Shown here: piece by piece, positions 1 to 9,762 of the stretch
Layout of the letters: each line of letters opens with the position of its first letter
How positions within the stretch are numbered: the first letter of the stretch is position 1
Made by a program: the position numbers and the translations under genes
Source of the DNA: a virus
Taxonomy: Duplodnaviria; Caudoviricetes
Strand: one strand, 5' to 3'
Length of the DNA stretch: 64,000 nucleotides
IMG/VR virus record: IMGVR_UViG_3300029305_005387
Notes under the pieces: generated by a model
Told to the model about the DNA's origin: nothing
Seen by the model: only the letters and a program-made list of their open reading frames with translations
Databases searched by the model: none

Positions 1-152
1 GGATAGACGAATGTATATTTAGATTTAAATGTGAACGATATGTATTTATAGTAGATAATACTGTAAAGTATAAGGAATATATTGTAGATGAAATTGTAAA
101 CAAATCACATCTTGGAAAAAATAATGAATATGTAATAGTTATTGATAGATAG
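1..152 (+). CDS. 3' end of a hypothetical protein (partial, runs off window start)
   Basis: Frame open from base 3 to TAG at 150-152; converges on the hairpin at 145-176. Confidence 0.5.
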   Translation, partial: IDECIFRFKCERYVFIVDNTVKYKEYIVDEIVNKSHLGKNNEYVIVIDR

Positions 153-176
153 GGAAGCAACTGCTTCCCTATCTAT
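145..176. terminator. Bidirectional terminator-like inverted repeat (15-bp arms, 2-nt centre)
   Basis: atagatagggaagca-ac-tgcttccctatctat between convergent genes. Confidence 0.75.
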
Positions 177-180
177 ATTT

Positions 181-2094
181 TTACAAATCTACTACTTTAA
201 ATGATTTTGATTTTTTTCTTAATATATCAGCACGTGCATTGGCCCATGCTCGTAATTGTTTTATATCAGCATCAGCAAAATCCCACATGTAGGTATCCTT
301 GCCATCCGGACGTCTTCTAAGTCTGCCAGAAATTTGATCCGCCAAAATCCATGATTTATACTGATCACATACTATGAGTTTTGCTAGGTCTTTAACGTCA
401 AAACCAGTTCCACAAGATTTAATAGTACTAATAATGATATCACATTCAGCTTTCACCCGATCATTTTCAGTTTTGCTATTATAAGAATTAATAGTACCTA
501 TCTTCTTATCTGGAAACATTTTTTCAACGTATGATGCTAATACTGCACATGCATTAATTGTAGCCGCTAATATTAATGTACGACCATATTTAACTTCTTT
601 CTCAGCTGATTCAACTACCTTTAGTACATTCTTCAAGAATTTAGTCATTGTACCATCAGAAGGAATTACTAATTCAGTATAAGCAGGAATACTGATACCA
701 TATCTAATCCATTTTCCTTCACGTTCAGAATATCTCATGGAAGAAGTAACTTCTTTGATTTCTTCTTTTGATAATCCTGAATGTGTCCACATCATTTTTA
801 CATGCATATGAGGTTTCATTCCATATACATTACCAGGTTTTCTATTGAATAATGTAGGTTTCTTTTCCTCTTCTCTGAATATAGCTAAATCTCCGAACAT
901 TTCTTGATATATTGCATTTTCTGTATCTCCAGATCTGCCAAAAGTACCTGTCAAATACCAGTTATTAGCAATATTGGAATTAGCATCTACATTGATAATA
1001 TTCTTAAACCACATCTGTACTTCATCAATGACTTTGATACCGAATTTATTATTCTGCATAATCTTTTCCAGATTATAAGTCTTATTTAATACATTTAAAG
1101 AAGCTTGGCTAATTACAACAAAGTCTTCTTTTACATTAATGAAGTCTTTTGGTTTACTAACAACCTTTACTTTTTCCGGTGGTACATTAAACATATCGGT
1201 GAGTGTTTCACCCCATTGTTTTTTGATACCACTAGTAGGAACAATTATCAATGTACGCAAACCTACCTTAATAGCAGAATAACAAGCCATGAACGTATTA
1301 TGAGTAATAATATTATCTTCTGTTACATATAGATTATATTTATCATTTACCATTATACATTTAGCTTCTTCTCTATGAGAAAATTCAATTTTTTCAATCT
1401 TTAACATTTTATATGTGGAAAAAGAATTGTCAATAAATGAAGGAACAAAATATTCTATATTGGAAGATTGCAAATTCAACATTAATTCTTCCAATGTTAG
1501 AGTTACTAAATTATTGAAGACCAATTCATTTATTGTATCAACTGACCATAAATGTTTAAGACCGCACAATGCAGTTCTTCCATCATCAAATGTAATTTTA
1601 TAAATATCTTTCTCACCTTGTGGGTATACAGCCGTAACAGAAATCTGGCTACCGTCATGCCCAAAAATTACATCTCCAACTTTAATATTTCCCATTAATA
1701 TCCCCCCACGTGGTGATGGTATTAATGTGGAAATTGGTTGTTCTTTGCCGGTTCCAGGTGATAAAATCCCTGCAAGTTTCTGTTTCTTACTGGAGTTTTC
1801 TAATACGAAATTAATAAAATCAATCTGTAACTGATTTCGTGGTTGTGCATTATGTTGTACAGGTTGAATACGTGCATAATCCCAATGTTCTTTAGATTTA
1901 TCAATCCATTTTGCATCTTTAAATAACTTACGTATTGTCTGTTCCATACCAGTAGGCATTCCGATTACATTATAATCAGCGTCATAATACATAAATACAT
2001 TATCTAAACTAGCAACAAGATCTTCTAATTTTCTATGTTCTAAAGGGGTGTATTCAGTAAAAAGTAATCTAGTTCTCTCTTTCGTTATAATCAT
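181..2094 (-). CDS. SF2 (UvsW-like/DExx) helicase containing a mini-intein
   Basis: Walker A SPGTGK|T split by intein; motif II VIDEVQ; motif III LTGT; motif V GTGFDV; motif VI QISGRLRR. Confidence 0.85.
   Translation of the reverse strand: MIITKERTRLLFTEYTPLEHRKLEDLVASLDNVFMYYDADYNVIGMPTGMEQTIRKLFKDAKWIDKSKEHWDYARIQPVQHNAQPRNQLQIDFINFVLENSSKKQKLAGILSPGTGKEQPISTLIPSPRGGILMGNIKVGDVIFGHDGSQISVTAVYPQGEKDIYKITFDDGRTALCGLKHLWSVDTINELVFNNLVTLTLEELMLNLQSSNIEYFVPSFIDNSFSTYKMLKIEKIEFSHREEAKCIMVNDKYNLYVTEDNIITHNTFMACYSAIKVGLRTLIIVPTSGIKKQWGETLTDMFNVPPEKVKVVSKPKDFINVKEDFVVISQASLNVLNKTYNLEKIMQNNKFGIKVIDEVQMWFKNIINVDANSNIANNWYLTGTFGRSGDTENAIYQEMFGDLAIFREEEKKPTLFNRKPGNVYGMKPHMHVKMMWTHSGLSKEEIKEVTSSMRYSEREGKWIRYGISIPAYTELVIPSDGTMTKFLKNVLKVVESAEKEVKYGRTLILAATINACAVLASYVEKMFPDKKIGTINSYNSKTENDRVKAECDIIISTIKSCGTGFDVKDLAKLIVCDQYKSWILADQISGRLRRRPDGKDTYMWDFADADIKQLRAWANARADILRKKSKSFKVVDL
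1297..1743 (-). mobile_element. 149-aa class 3 mini-intein (no endonuclease) inserted in helicase Walker A
   Basis: GTGK|EQPISTLIPSP...; block B CGLKHLW; block F AKCIMV; block G IITHN|T; W-C-T triplet present. Confidence 0.85.
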
Positions 2095-2150
2095 ATTTAT
2101 TCACCTCATTTTTCATATCCATAATTGTTATTATGTCGTTGAAATAAATG

Positions 2151-2188
2151 AATAATAAGAGTGGGCTTCCGCACCCACTCTTATTATT
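2151..2188. terminator. Terminator-like hairpin
   Basis: aataataagagtggg-cttccgca-cccactcttattatt. Confidence 0.7.
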
Positions 2189-2340
2189 CCAGAAGAAAGA
2201 TTAGGATTTTTACATGACCAGTATAACGAAAAGTAAGGCAAACGAAGACATCCAGAAGATAAAACAATATTAACGAAAAGAAGGAATGAAGAACATTAAT
2301 TCGTTTCATCCAAGGATTAATTATTTGTAATATGGAATTA

Positions 2341-2348
2341 TATATTAT
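2341..2348 (+). promoter_or_regulatory. TATATTAT early-promoter-like motif
   Basis: Same motif and context (tatattattaatata) recurs upstream of many genes in this window. Confidence 0.5.
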
Positions 2349-2419
2349 TAATATAATAAGAGTCACCGCTAAATAATTTAGTTTTAAAGAATATTTAAAA
2401 GAAAGGATGTATATCATTT

Positions 2420-4414
2420 ATGGAAAAATATCGAGATATAAAAATTAATAATTCTTTAGATGCTGCTGTAAAAGATGGTAAATGGAAAGATCCAGGAGCA
2501 TCATTATATAGTAAACTTATTAATGCATCACATTATGACGGAAAGATGCCAGAAGATAGTAAAGAATTAGATGATATGATTAAAAAGAAGAAAGTTACTG
2601 GATTAGAAGATTATTTACAGGAAGCGTATCTTGTAGTTGAGAATAATAAAATTGTAAATAATCCATATGGTATTACTTCATTTAATCGTAGTGGATGTAA
2701 ATATCCTCATCACGTATTACGTGGAAATGATAAAGATGGATGGGAATTAGTAGTATCTATTCCAGGATTGAAGGCTGCATATACTCGTGCTAAACAACAG
2801 GGAATTTTCTCTGGTAAAGTAAAAGAACACTTGGAAAGACATTATAAAGAATTAGGCTTATATGAAGATTCTACTATGAATGCTGATAAAAAGATTCATG
2901 AGAATTTTGAATTTATTGAATCTACTATCAATGATTCTTTGGGTGTTGATTTATTTGAGGAAAATGTTGGTTTAGAAATAAATGAAAATGGCATTGGAAG
3001 TATAGATGAATCATTTGCGTGGATGGAAAATTTTTTAAGTGCTAAAAAATATGATTCATTTGTGGCAGCTAATCTGAATTCAGTACTACTAAATAGAACT
3101 CCAGAAGAATTACTTAGATGGATGAATTGTATTTCGTATGGATGGTATTCGTATGAAGATCAATCATTTCATGGTACTGATGACGATGATCCTACAGATT
3201 ACTTCTACAAATATTATCGTTTACAAACTCCGGAAGAACTAGTAAGACGACAGATTGGTGTATGTTGGGATTGTACCGAATTAGAAAGAGAATGGTTTGA
3301 AAAACACAATTATCAGTTTGGAATTTTCTATTTAGAAATTGATAATAGACAAGAGTGTCCATCTCATACTTTCTTAGTATATAGAGAAAACAATCGATAT
3401 TACTGGTTTGAACATTCCTGGTATGATTATCGTGGTATTCATGGATATGTAAGATTACAGGATCTATTATATGATGTAATCACTAAACATCAAAAAGCTA
3501 ATCGAGATGATAGATCTCCTGTTATTATTACATTGATGAAAGATCAACCTAAAACAAATGCAACGTGTCAAGAATTTATTGACCATGCTCACTCCCAGCA
3601 AAGATTCTATATTAATACATTACCAACATCATTAATTGATGAATCTATTAATTTATTAAATGAAAATATAGAAAATAACGATAAAATTGAATATGTTCCA
3701 GTATTTGGTGTTGCTTGTAAATATACCAATTCTAAAATCAGAAATGATGGAACCCCAAAAGATGAAAAAGACATGGAGTATGTGAAATTTAGTAAAAATA
3801 TTAAATTAAGTACTCTTGGTGATAACTATTCTCATGCGTTGATTTCTTTAGATGACTCATTCACAAAAATGTATTCTATCGATGATGATGGATTTTGTAT
3901 AGATAATATTCAAGAGAATAAACTCTGGCTAAGTACTGAAAGTATATATATTTGCGTAATGTTTTTGAAAAAAGAAGATGTCGAGCAAATGCAAAAGTTT
4001 GCTGATTATTTGACTACGCATAAGGATGAAACATTATATGCGTATGATAACCTGTTGAAACTAGCTATAGCTAAACCATCTAAAGTTGATAAAAGATTCA
4101 TTTGTAGTTCAATTACTGGATATCTATTGAATTTATCCAATCCTAAGAATTTACATCGTGATTATTCAAGATTACGTCCAGAAGATATAACAATTCTACC
4201 AAGAGCATTCTATGTAATGAATGTGAAGGATAAATTTGAGTTTAATCAACGTTATGTAGAATTGAAACAAAAAGTCGAGAGTATTTATAAAGATCATTAT
4301 AATGAAATTGATGATTATAATAATCAGCTTCCTAAAATCATGCTTCAAGACAGGGTTGATGAATTGAAAACATTTGATAAAATATTCAGTTGGGTAATAG
4401 CTAAGGTATTATAA
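2420..4414 (+). CDS. Multidomain probable head-associated protein with transglutaminase-like and permuted papain-like (YiiX/NlpC-P60) domains
   Basis: GVCWD...SHTFL...WFE (C-H-acid); C-terminal YSHALIS...FICSS (H before C); acidic linkers with FIES/IDES/LNEN motifs. Confidence 0.55.
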   Translation: MEKYRDIKINNSLDAAVKDGKWKDPGASLYSKLINASHYDGKMPEDSKELDDMIKKKKVTGLEDYLQEAYLVVENNKIVNNPYGITSFNRSGCKYPHHVLRGNDKDGWELVVSIPGLKAAYTRAKQQGIFSGKVKEHLERHYKELGLYEDSTMNADKKIHENFEFIESTINDSLGVDLFEENVGLEINENGIGSIDESFAWMENFLSAKKYDSFVAANLNSVLLNRTPEELLRWMNCISYGWYSYEDQSFHGTDDDDPTDYFYKYYRLQTPEELVRRQIGVCWDCTELEREWFEKHNYQFGIFYLEIDNRQECPSHTFLVYRENNRYYWFEHSWYDYRGIHGYVRLQDLLYDVITKHQKANRDDRSPVIITLMKDQPKTNATCQEFIDHAHSQQRFYINTLPTSLIDESINLLNENIENNDKIEYVPVFGVACKYTNSKIRNDGTPKDEKDMEYVKFSKNIKLSTLGDNYSHALISLDDSFTKMYSIDDDGFCIDNIQENKLWLSTESIYICVMFLKKEDVEQMQKFADYLTTHKDETLYAYDNLLKLAIAKPSKVDKRFICSSITGYLLNLSNPKNLHRDYSRLRPEDITILPRAFYVMNVKDKFEFNQRYVELKQKVESIYKDHYNEIDDYNNQLPKIMLQDRVDELKTFDKIFSWVIAKVL

Positions 4415-4435
4415 TCAAGAGAGGAGTGATAAAAT

Positions 4436-5599
4436 ATGAATGAATTTGAAAATCTCAATTTATTTATGGAATCAAACGAAAATATTGGAATTCTTTTTAA
4501 CAGTTATAAAGAACGTCAAGTTTCAATAAAAAACTTTCTTGGTCTGGTTGAAGAAAAAATCTCCATTCTTTTAAAGGATCCAGTATCAACAAATATCAAT
4601 ATTGATAATGACATTGAAAATTTTAAATTATCTATGAAGGATGAACTCGTACCAGAACCTATCAATATCAATGATATTTCAGTTCTTAAAAAAGATATTC
4701 AAAAATATCGTTCTGAAATCGATGTGATATTGCGAAAGTTTTCTGGTTTAAAAAAGAAAATTTCATTCGGAGGTAACTGGTATAGGTTTGCAATTAATCG
4801 ACCTAAAGTTTATTTGAAAGATATTGATAATGACAATCATAGTCAAATTAATGATAACATCAGACGTATCAATAGAGCTCTTGACTGGATTGAAAATTCT
4901 TTAATCAGTTTATATAACCTCATTGATCAAGATTTGAATATACTTAACGTAGTCAATATTGTTTATAACAAACATCATATTTACGAATCTGCCTCTATTG
5001 ATGAATTTGATTTATTAAATGAAAATATAGAAGAATCTAAAGAAGAAGTTCCAGAACCTCCATCAATTGAAGATAAACCTGAAGAGGAACCTAAAAAGGA
5101 ATCTCTTCCAAAGCAAACGGATAAAGCTGAATCAAATAAGAATGGTGTTAGAAGAAAGCAACTTTATATTGCATTCATTGAATGGTGTAAAGAATATAAT
5201 TCTAAAAATACATTTGGTTCTATATTCGATAAAGATGCTTTTAATGTTTCATATCCATTCGTTCCTCATGAGATGAGATATTTTTATCGATTGGCAAATC
5301 CGATGCTTTGTGTATTATCTGGAGATTTAACTTTCTTCCCAGTTGCAGAATTACGTAAGCTGAACTCAAAGAATTCTAAATTACAAGAGATGATGATCTT
5401 TGCTGCAACACCAAATGATTTCCGTGTATTCAATAATAAAGATAAAAAAGTATATCGAGGAACAGATGAGAATGGTGCAATTAAATTACAGGAAGAATTA
5501 GGACCTACATTTGATCTATATATTCAAAATATGATCAAGAAAGGTGATATTCTAAATGCTCCATTAGAAGATAAACAAGACAATATGCAAACTGAATAG
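4436..5599 (+). CDS. Hypothetical protein, probable internal head protein
   Basis: RBS gaggag; FMES, IYES, LNEN motifs; Pro/Glu-rich linker. Confidence 0.5.
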   Translation: MNEFENLNLFMESNENIGILFNSYKERQVSIKNFLGLVEEKISILLKDPVSTNINIDNDIENFKLSMKDELVPEPININDISVLKKDIQKYRSEIDVILRKFSGLKKKISFGGNWYRFAINRPKVYLKDIDNDNHSQINDNIRRINRALDWIENSLISLYNLIDQDLNILNVVNIVYNKHHIYESASIDEFDLLNENIEESKEEVPEPPSIEDKPEEEPKKESLPKQTDKAESNKNGVRRKQLYIAFIEWCKEYNSKNTFGSIFDKDAFNVSYPFVPHEMRYFYRLANPMLCVLSGDLTFFPVAELRKLNSKNSKLQEMMIFAATPNDFRVFNNKDKKVYRGTDENGAIKLQEELGPTFDLYIQNMIKKGDILNAPLEDKQDNMQTE

Positions 5600-5603
5600 A
5601 TTA

Positions 5604-5632
5604 ATAGGTGGAGGGATTATCCCTCCACCTAT
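5604..5632. terminator. Inverted repeat (14-bp arms, 1-nt centre), terminator-like
   Basis: ataggtggagggat-t-atccctccacctat directly after stop codon. Confidence 0.75.
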
Positions 5633-5723
5633 ATTTTTGTAGTATATACAAAGTCATGATTTATATATTCTTATTATAGATCAATATGAAAATATTGATA
5701 TTTAATAAATTTAAAGGAGGGAT

Positions 5724-5801
5724 ATGACCATGGAAGAAATGAATTATGAAACAGGAGATCGTTCTCTAAATGATACTGATATTGAAATTGAAGAAGAATA
5801 A
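5724..5801 (+). CDS. Small acidic peptide (25 aa, MTMEEMNYETGDRSLNDTDIEIEEE)
   Basis: Strong RBS aaggagg; TATATTCT motif at 5664-5671. Confidence 0.4.
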   Translation: MTMEEMNYETGDRSLNDTDIEIEEE

Positions 5802-5821
5802 GAGAAAGGAGATAATGATTT

Positions 5822-6433
5822 ATGAGAGAACAGCTAAAATATAAACCTGGTGATTTAGTTAGTATCTCTAAAGGAGAATATCGAGGTAAATATGCACATG
5901 TGGAAGGTATACGTTTAAATATTCCAGATGAACGTGGAAACTATCCAGTTCATTATGTATTAAAACTTTTTGATGATGAAAATCAAGCTGAAATATTTCT
6001 TACAGAAAATTTTATCACTTATGAAGGACATTTCAGAAGTCTATATGAAATGGCTGGTAGGCTTCCAGGTGAGATTAAAGTTGATAAACGTCATAAAGTA
6101 ATCGTTGCTGTAGGTGCTGATGAAAATATGGGTGAGAAACATTTTCATGTATTTCGTAACGATATAGACAGAATAAAATGGCGTAACAGTGCATGTTTGC
6201 TATTTGAAGAAAATCGATACTTTGATCACTCTAGACATTCAGAGGTATTAACAAAAGATGAACTACAAGCATTGGTTGATCATTTAAAGAAAAAACATAT
6301 CAAACATAATATGACAAATTGGGAATATTTGATAACATTATGGAATGATAATAACGAAAACTTTAAAATTCCGGAGGATTTAGAAATGCCGGAATATAAT
6401 TATAAAACTATCAAAAGATATAGGGAGGAATAG
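5822..6433 (+). CDS. KOW/SH3-like + DUF4160-like protein (paralog family member 1)
   Basis: YKPGDLVSISKGEYRGK; LYEMA; HFHVF; TNWE..W; MPEY. Confidence 0.55.
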   Translation: MREQLKYKPGDLVSISKGEYRGKYAHVEGIRLNIPDERGNYPVHYVLKLFDDENQAEIFLTENFITYEGHFRSLYEMAGRLPGEIKVDKRHKVIVAVGADENMGEKHFHVFRNDIDRIKWRNSACLLFEENRYFDHSRHSEVLTKDELQALVDHLKKKHIKHNMTNWEYLITLWNDNNENFKIPEDLEMPEYNYKTIKRYREE

Positions 6434-6437
6434 AATT

Positions 6438-6932
6438 ATGATTATTTGTGGTTATCCATGTATTGGAAAAAGCTCCTGGGCTAAAAGTCAATCCATGATT
6501 ACAGTAGACTTAGAGAGTTCATATTTTAAAATTCCTGGAAGAGATAACACAGGATGGGAAGAAAATTACTGTAAAATGGCGATTGAATTAGATACTCCAC
6601 GTAATAAAGATGCAATCTTTATGTCAACACATCCAGAGGTAATTAATTATCTTATCAAAGAAGGAGTTGACTTCGTAATTGCATTTCCATCACTTAAGTT
6701 GAAAGAAGTATGGATTGAAAGATCATTGGAGAGATATGAAAAATCTGGACTTGAAAAGGATCTCAGGGCTCATGAAAGAATTCGTGACTATTTTGAAGTA
6801 GATACTCAAGCTCTGATGGGTATTCCAAATGTAAAAAAATATGTGATTGAAGATCCATTTTATTATGGAGCTACAGAATTCATTAATTCAGTAATTACTG
6901 AATGTTATGATAAAAATAGTAAGGAGGACTAA
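6438..6932 (+). CDS. Small P-loop NTPase / nucleotide kinase-like protein
   Basis: N-terminal IICGYPCIGKSS, then VDLESS. Confidence 0.65.
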   Translation: MIICGYPCIGKSSWAKSQSMITVDLESSYFKIPGRDNTGWEENYCKMAIELDTPRNKDAIFMSTHPEVINYLIKEGVDFVIAFPSLKLKEVWIERSLERYEKSGLEKDLRAHERIRDYFEVDTQALMGIPNVKKYVIEDPFYYGATEFINSVITECYDKNSKED

Positions 6933-6935
6933 AAG

Positions 6936-7070
6936 ATGAATGTAATTATTAGAGGAATTGGTAAATTAGTTGTATCAACAATCACTGTGACTATCATTAG
7001 TGTAGGATCTATCATTCTTACAGATGAAGCATTAAAAGTTATCAACAAACACAGATCCAAAAAGAATTAA
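6936..7070 (+). CDS. Small membrane peptide (44 aa)
   Basis: RBS aaggagg; hydrophobic core LVVSTITVTIISVGSIIL; basic tail. Confidence 0.5.
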   Translation: MNVIIRGIGKLVVSTITVTIISVGSIILTDEALKVINKHRSKKN

Positions 7071-7104
7071 AAGAAAGGCGGTCATCAACGACCGCCTTTC
7101 TTTT
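7069..7104. terminator. Bidirectional terminator
   Basis: aaaagaaaggcggtc-N6-gaccgcctttctttt between convergent genes. Confidence 0.8.
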
Positions 7105-7112
7105 TTGTAATG

Positions 7113-9380
7113 TTAACGACTAGTTACACCAGAAATAGCAACCCATCCAGGAGCTCTAAATCCATAACCAAATGAAGGATCGTTTTTATATGAAGTATTA
7201 TATACAAACATTACACCTGTAGCTGCATTGATATATAATACCCTCCAAGTGATATCTACTTCAATAACTTCTGAAGTATCTGGATCAATCCTTATATCAG
7301 TAAATCTCCTATCTGGAGTAGGGTCAACTTGATCGATATGAAGATATGGGGTACAAACTGCATTTGGATTATTTGTACTCACAGCATCTGGATTTCTATT
7401 CATTCCATCCATCAATAAATCCATCATGAATTTATAATAGTTATTGAAATTATTTGTATCTCCATTTGAGAATAATAATGCCTTGATATCTCCAGGTCGT
7501 TCAACACCCATAGGACCTTGATCAACCCATTTGCCTGTAAACACTTGTACTCCATCCTGAATTACCCATGTAGGATTTTCAGTATTGATTACATATCTAA
7601 ACAGGTGTACATGAGCACCTGCAGTTGCATTTCCACCATGTTCATATAAAGAAGTACCTGAAGTATTTTCAGATGGACTTGGGCCACCTCTACCAGAGTT
7701 AACTCCAGAGTATGCAGGTCCAGCAGCTGTTGATCTAATCCCAATTTTTCCACCCTGAGAATCAGTTAATTTATTATCGGACCATCTAGTACTATTATCA
7801 GATGCAATAGTAGGAACTACATCTACATATGCATACAAATTATTCTTTAATTGTGTTGCACAGTTTGTAACAATGCCTTTAGATTTTATAGCCAATTTAG
7901 CACCATATCCAGTACTTGAAGTATTAATAAATTCAACACCAATTCCATTTGTAGAAGGATCTTGATCATATACATTATCATTTTTAGAAATATAATGACC
8001 AGATTGAATTTGACCATTTGATCCTACATTAGTAACTTCATATTCAAATGAATCGTCACCAAACGTCCATCTTAATATATCACCTACTTGATATCCTTGA
8101 CCTGAAGATACAAGATAAATCTCTATTTCTGAAGATGGATATACAATATCAATTCTATTATATCTCCATTGATATAATTGAGACCTATCAAATTCATCTG
8201 TTTGAGATAAATCCATATAAGGAACTGGTTCGTATCCTTCAATTGCAACTTCCATATTATTGGGATTCAATGCCATTGCCAAATAAGAATCTTTATAAGT
8301 TATTCTATCAAACCAGTTAGGTGACCATCTACCATCCATGATATAGTAATTATTAGGTCTTCTAGCTCCTGGAGTTTGTGAGTTTGTTCTAGTAGTTTGT
8401 TTTTGACCTACAAGATCCACCTTTTCTAATTCTTCTAATGAACGGAATACTCCAGGTACAAATCCTTCAGAATGGTATACACTGGAAAAGTTTACATTCT
8501 GATTATAAGAATTAACAGCTTCTCCTTGACGTGTACTTCCTGCATCAGTTTGTGTATTTTGTTTTTTACCACCATCTGATTCTCCATATGAAGGAAGACC
8601 ATTTAAACCTGTAAATTGATTTTCAATATATTTTCCTTCTTTATCTTTAGATATTTCAGGATAAACAAAAGTTCTATCATCTAAGTTATCCACAATGAAA
8701 CGGTTAGAATGAGAGAAATTATTGTCAGTATGTTTGTAATCTGGATCTGAAATAAAATTTAAATCATTTACGAGATGTGTGATTCTTGTTGGAATATCGC
8801 AAATACGTGCTACAGATCTTTCTGGAATTTTATTAGATCTAGTTTCATTGTTCACATACGTAGGTTCATCATTGGATAAAAGATATACTCTACCATCGAA
8901 TGGATCAAAAAGCATCATAGCCATTCTATTTTCTGTAGAATCGCTCATATCTTCATTTTCATCTAATCCATAACCAGATTTTCCTTTAATTTTAGCAAGT
9001 GCACCTAAAGTCACTCTATTTACAATATTCTTTTTAGATTCTTCACTAATAGATTTGTCCCATTTTTCAACATTATGAAGAAATCCATATACACCACTAT
9101 CTACATTGATACCAGCATATCCAGCAGATGCTCCATTATCGGCGAATGTATGAATTTCCATTCTTTGATAAAAACCTTCATTATGAACTTCTGCTGCATA
9201 TTTGAATAAACGAGTAGGATCAATATAGTCTACATCTTTATTGACCTTTAAATGCCATCTTAAACGTTCTTGTCGTAATAGTTGTCGTAAACCGTCTGGA
9301 TCTAAATATCTTAGTATCTCTTCAGGAACGACTTTTAATTCCTCTCCACTAGGGAGAATTGTTCTAGACATATAAGCCAC
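7113..9380 (-). CDS. Hypothetical protein, probable virion (tail/baseplate) component
   Basis: 755 aa, G/S/N/T-rich beta-type composition; SSGQGYQVGDIL motif typical of phage structural proteins. Confidence 0.45.
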   Translation of the reverse strand: MAYMSRTILPSGEELKVVPEEILRYLDPDGLRQLLRQERLRWHLKVNKDVDYIDPTRLFKYAAEVHNEGFYQRMEIHTFADNGASAGYAGINVDSGVYGFLHNVEKWDKSISEESKKNIVNRVTLGALAKIKGKSGYGLDENEDMSDSTENRMAMMLFDPFDGRVYLLSNDEPTYVNNETRSNKIPERSVARICDIPTRITHLVNDLNFISDPDYKHTDNNFSHSNRFIVDNLDDRTFVYPEISKDKEGKYIENQFTGLNGLPSYGESDGGKKQNTQTDAGSTRQGEAVNSYNQNVNFSSVYHSEGFVPGVFRSLEELEKVDLVGQKQTTRTNSQTPGARRPNNYYIMDGRWSPNWFDRITYKDSYLAMALNPNNMEVAIEGYEPVPYMDLSQTDEFDRSQLYQWRYNRIDIVYPSSEIEIYLVSSGQGYQVGDILRWTFGDDSFEYEVTNVGSNGQIQSGHYISKNDNVYDQDPSTNGIGVEFINTSSTGYGAKLAIKSKGIVTNCATQLKNNLYAYVDVVPTIASDNSTRWSDNKLTDSQGGKIGIRSTAAGPAYSGVNSGRGGPSPSENTSGTSLYEHGGNATAGAHVHLFRYVINTENPTWVIQDGVQVFTGKWVDQGPMGVERPGDIKALLFSNGDTNNFNNYYKFMMDLLMDGMNRNPDAVSTNNPNAVCTPYLHIDQVDPTPDRRFTDIRIDPDTSEVIEVDITWRVLYINAATGVMFVYNTSYKNDPSFGYGFRAPGWVAISGVTSR

Positions 9381-9480
9381 CTCCGTGAAAAATTATTTTA
9401 TATTCAAAGTATTTCGAATTCTATTTATAAAGGCGGTTGCAATATAACATATATTCAAAATCGTTAAAAATAAGGAGAAT

Positions 9481-9747
9481 ATGAATATGGATGAAAATAT
9501 ACACTCAAGAGATTTAATTGAAAATTTAATACCAATTGAAGAAGTTATTAATGATATGATGCATGAAGATAGTAGTATTGCTAAAAGTGCTAGAAGATAT
9601 TATTATCGTTATTATGCAACACCTGAAGAACGTGAGAAAATGGATGCTGAAGATAGAACTTCTAGAAGATGGATGAGATTATTCCTATTTCTTTATGGAA
9701 TGATATTAGCTACAATAATTATATTTATTATAAAAAGATTTATTTAA
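9481..9747 (+). CDS. Small protein with C-terminal transmembrane helix
   Basis: LFLFLYGMILATIIIFII; RBS aaggag. Confidence 0.6.
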   Translation: MNMDENIHSRDLIENLIPIEEVINDMMHEDSSIAKSARRYYYRYYATPEEREKMDAEDRTSRRWMRLFLFLYGMILATIIIFIIKRFI

Positions 9748-9762
9748 AGAAAGGATGATACT

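Noticed and set aside
2184-2417. 77-aa hydrophobic minus-strand ORF
   Set aside because: No RBS; spans an AT-rich promoter region; hydrophobicity is explained by T-richness
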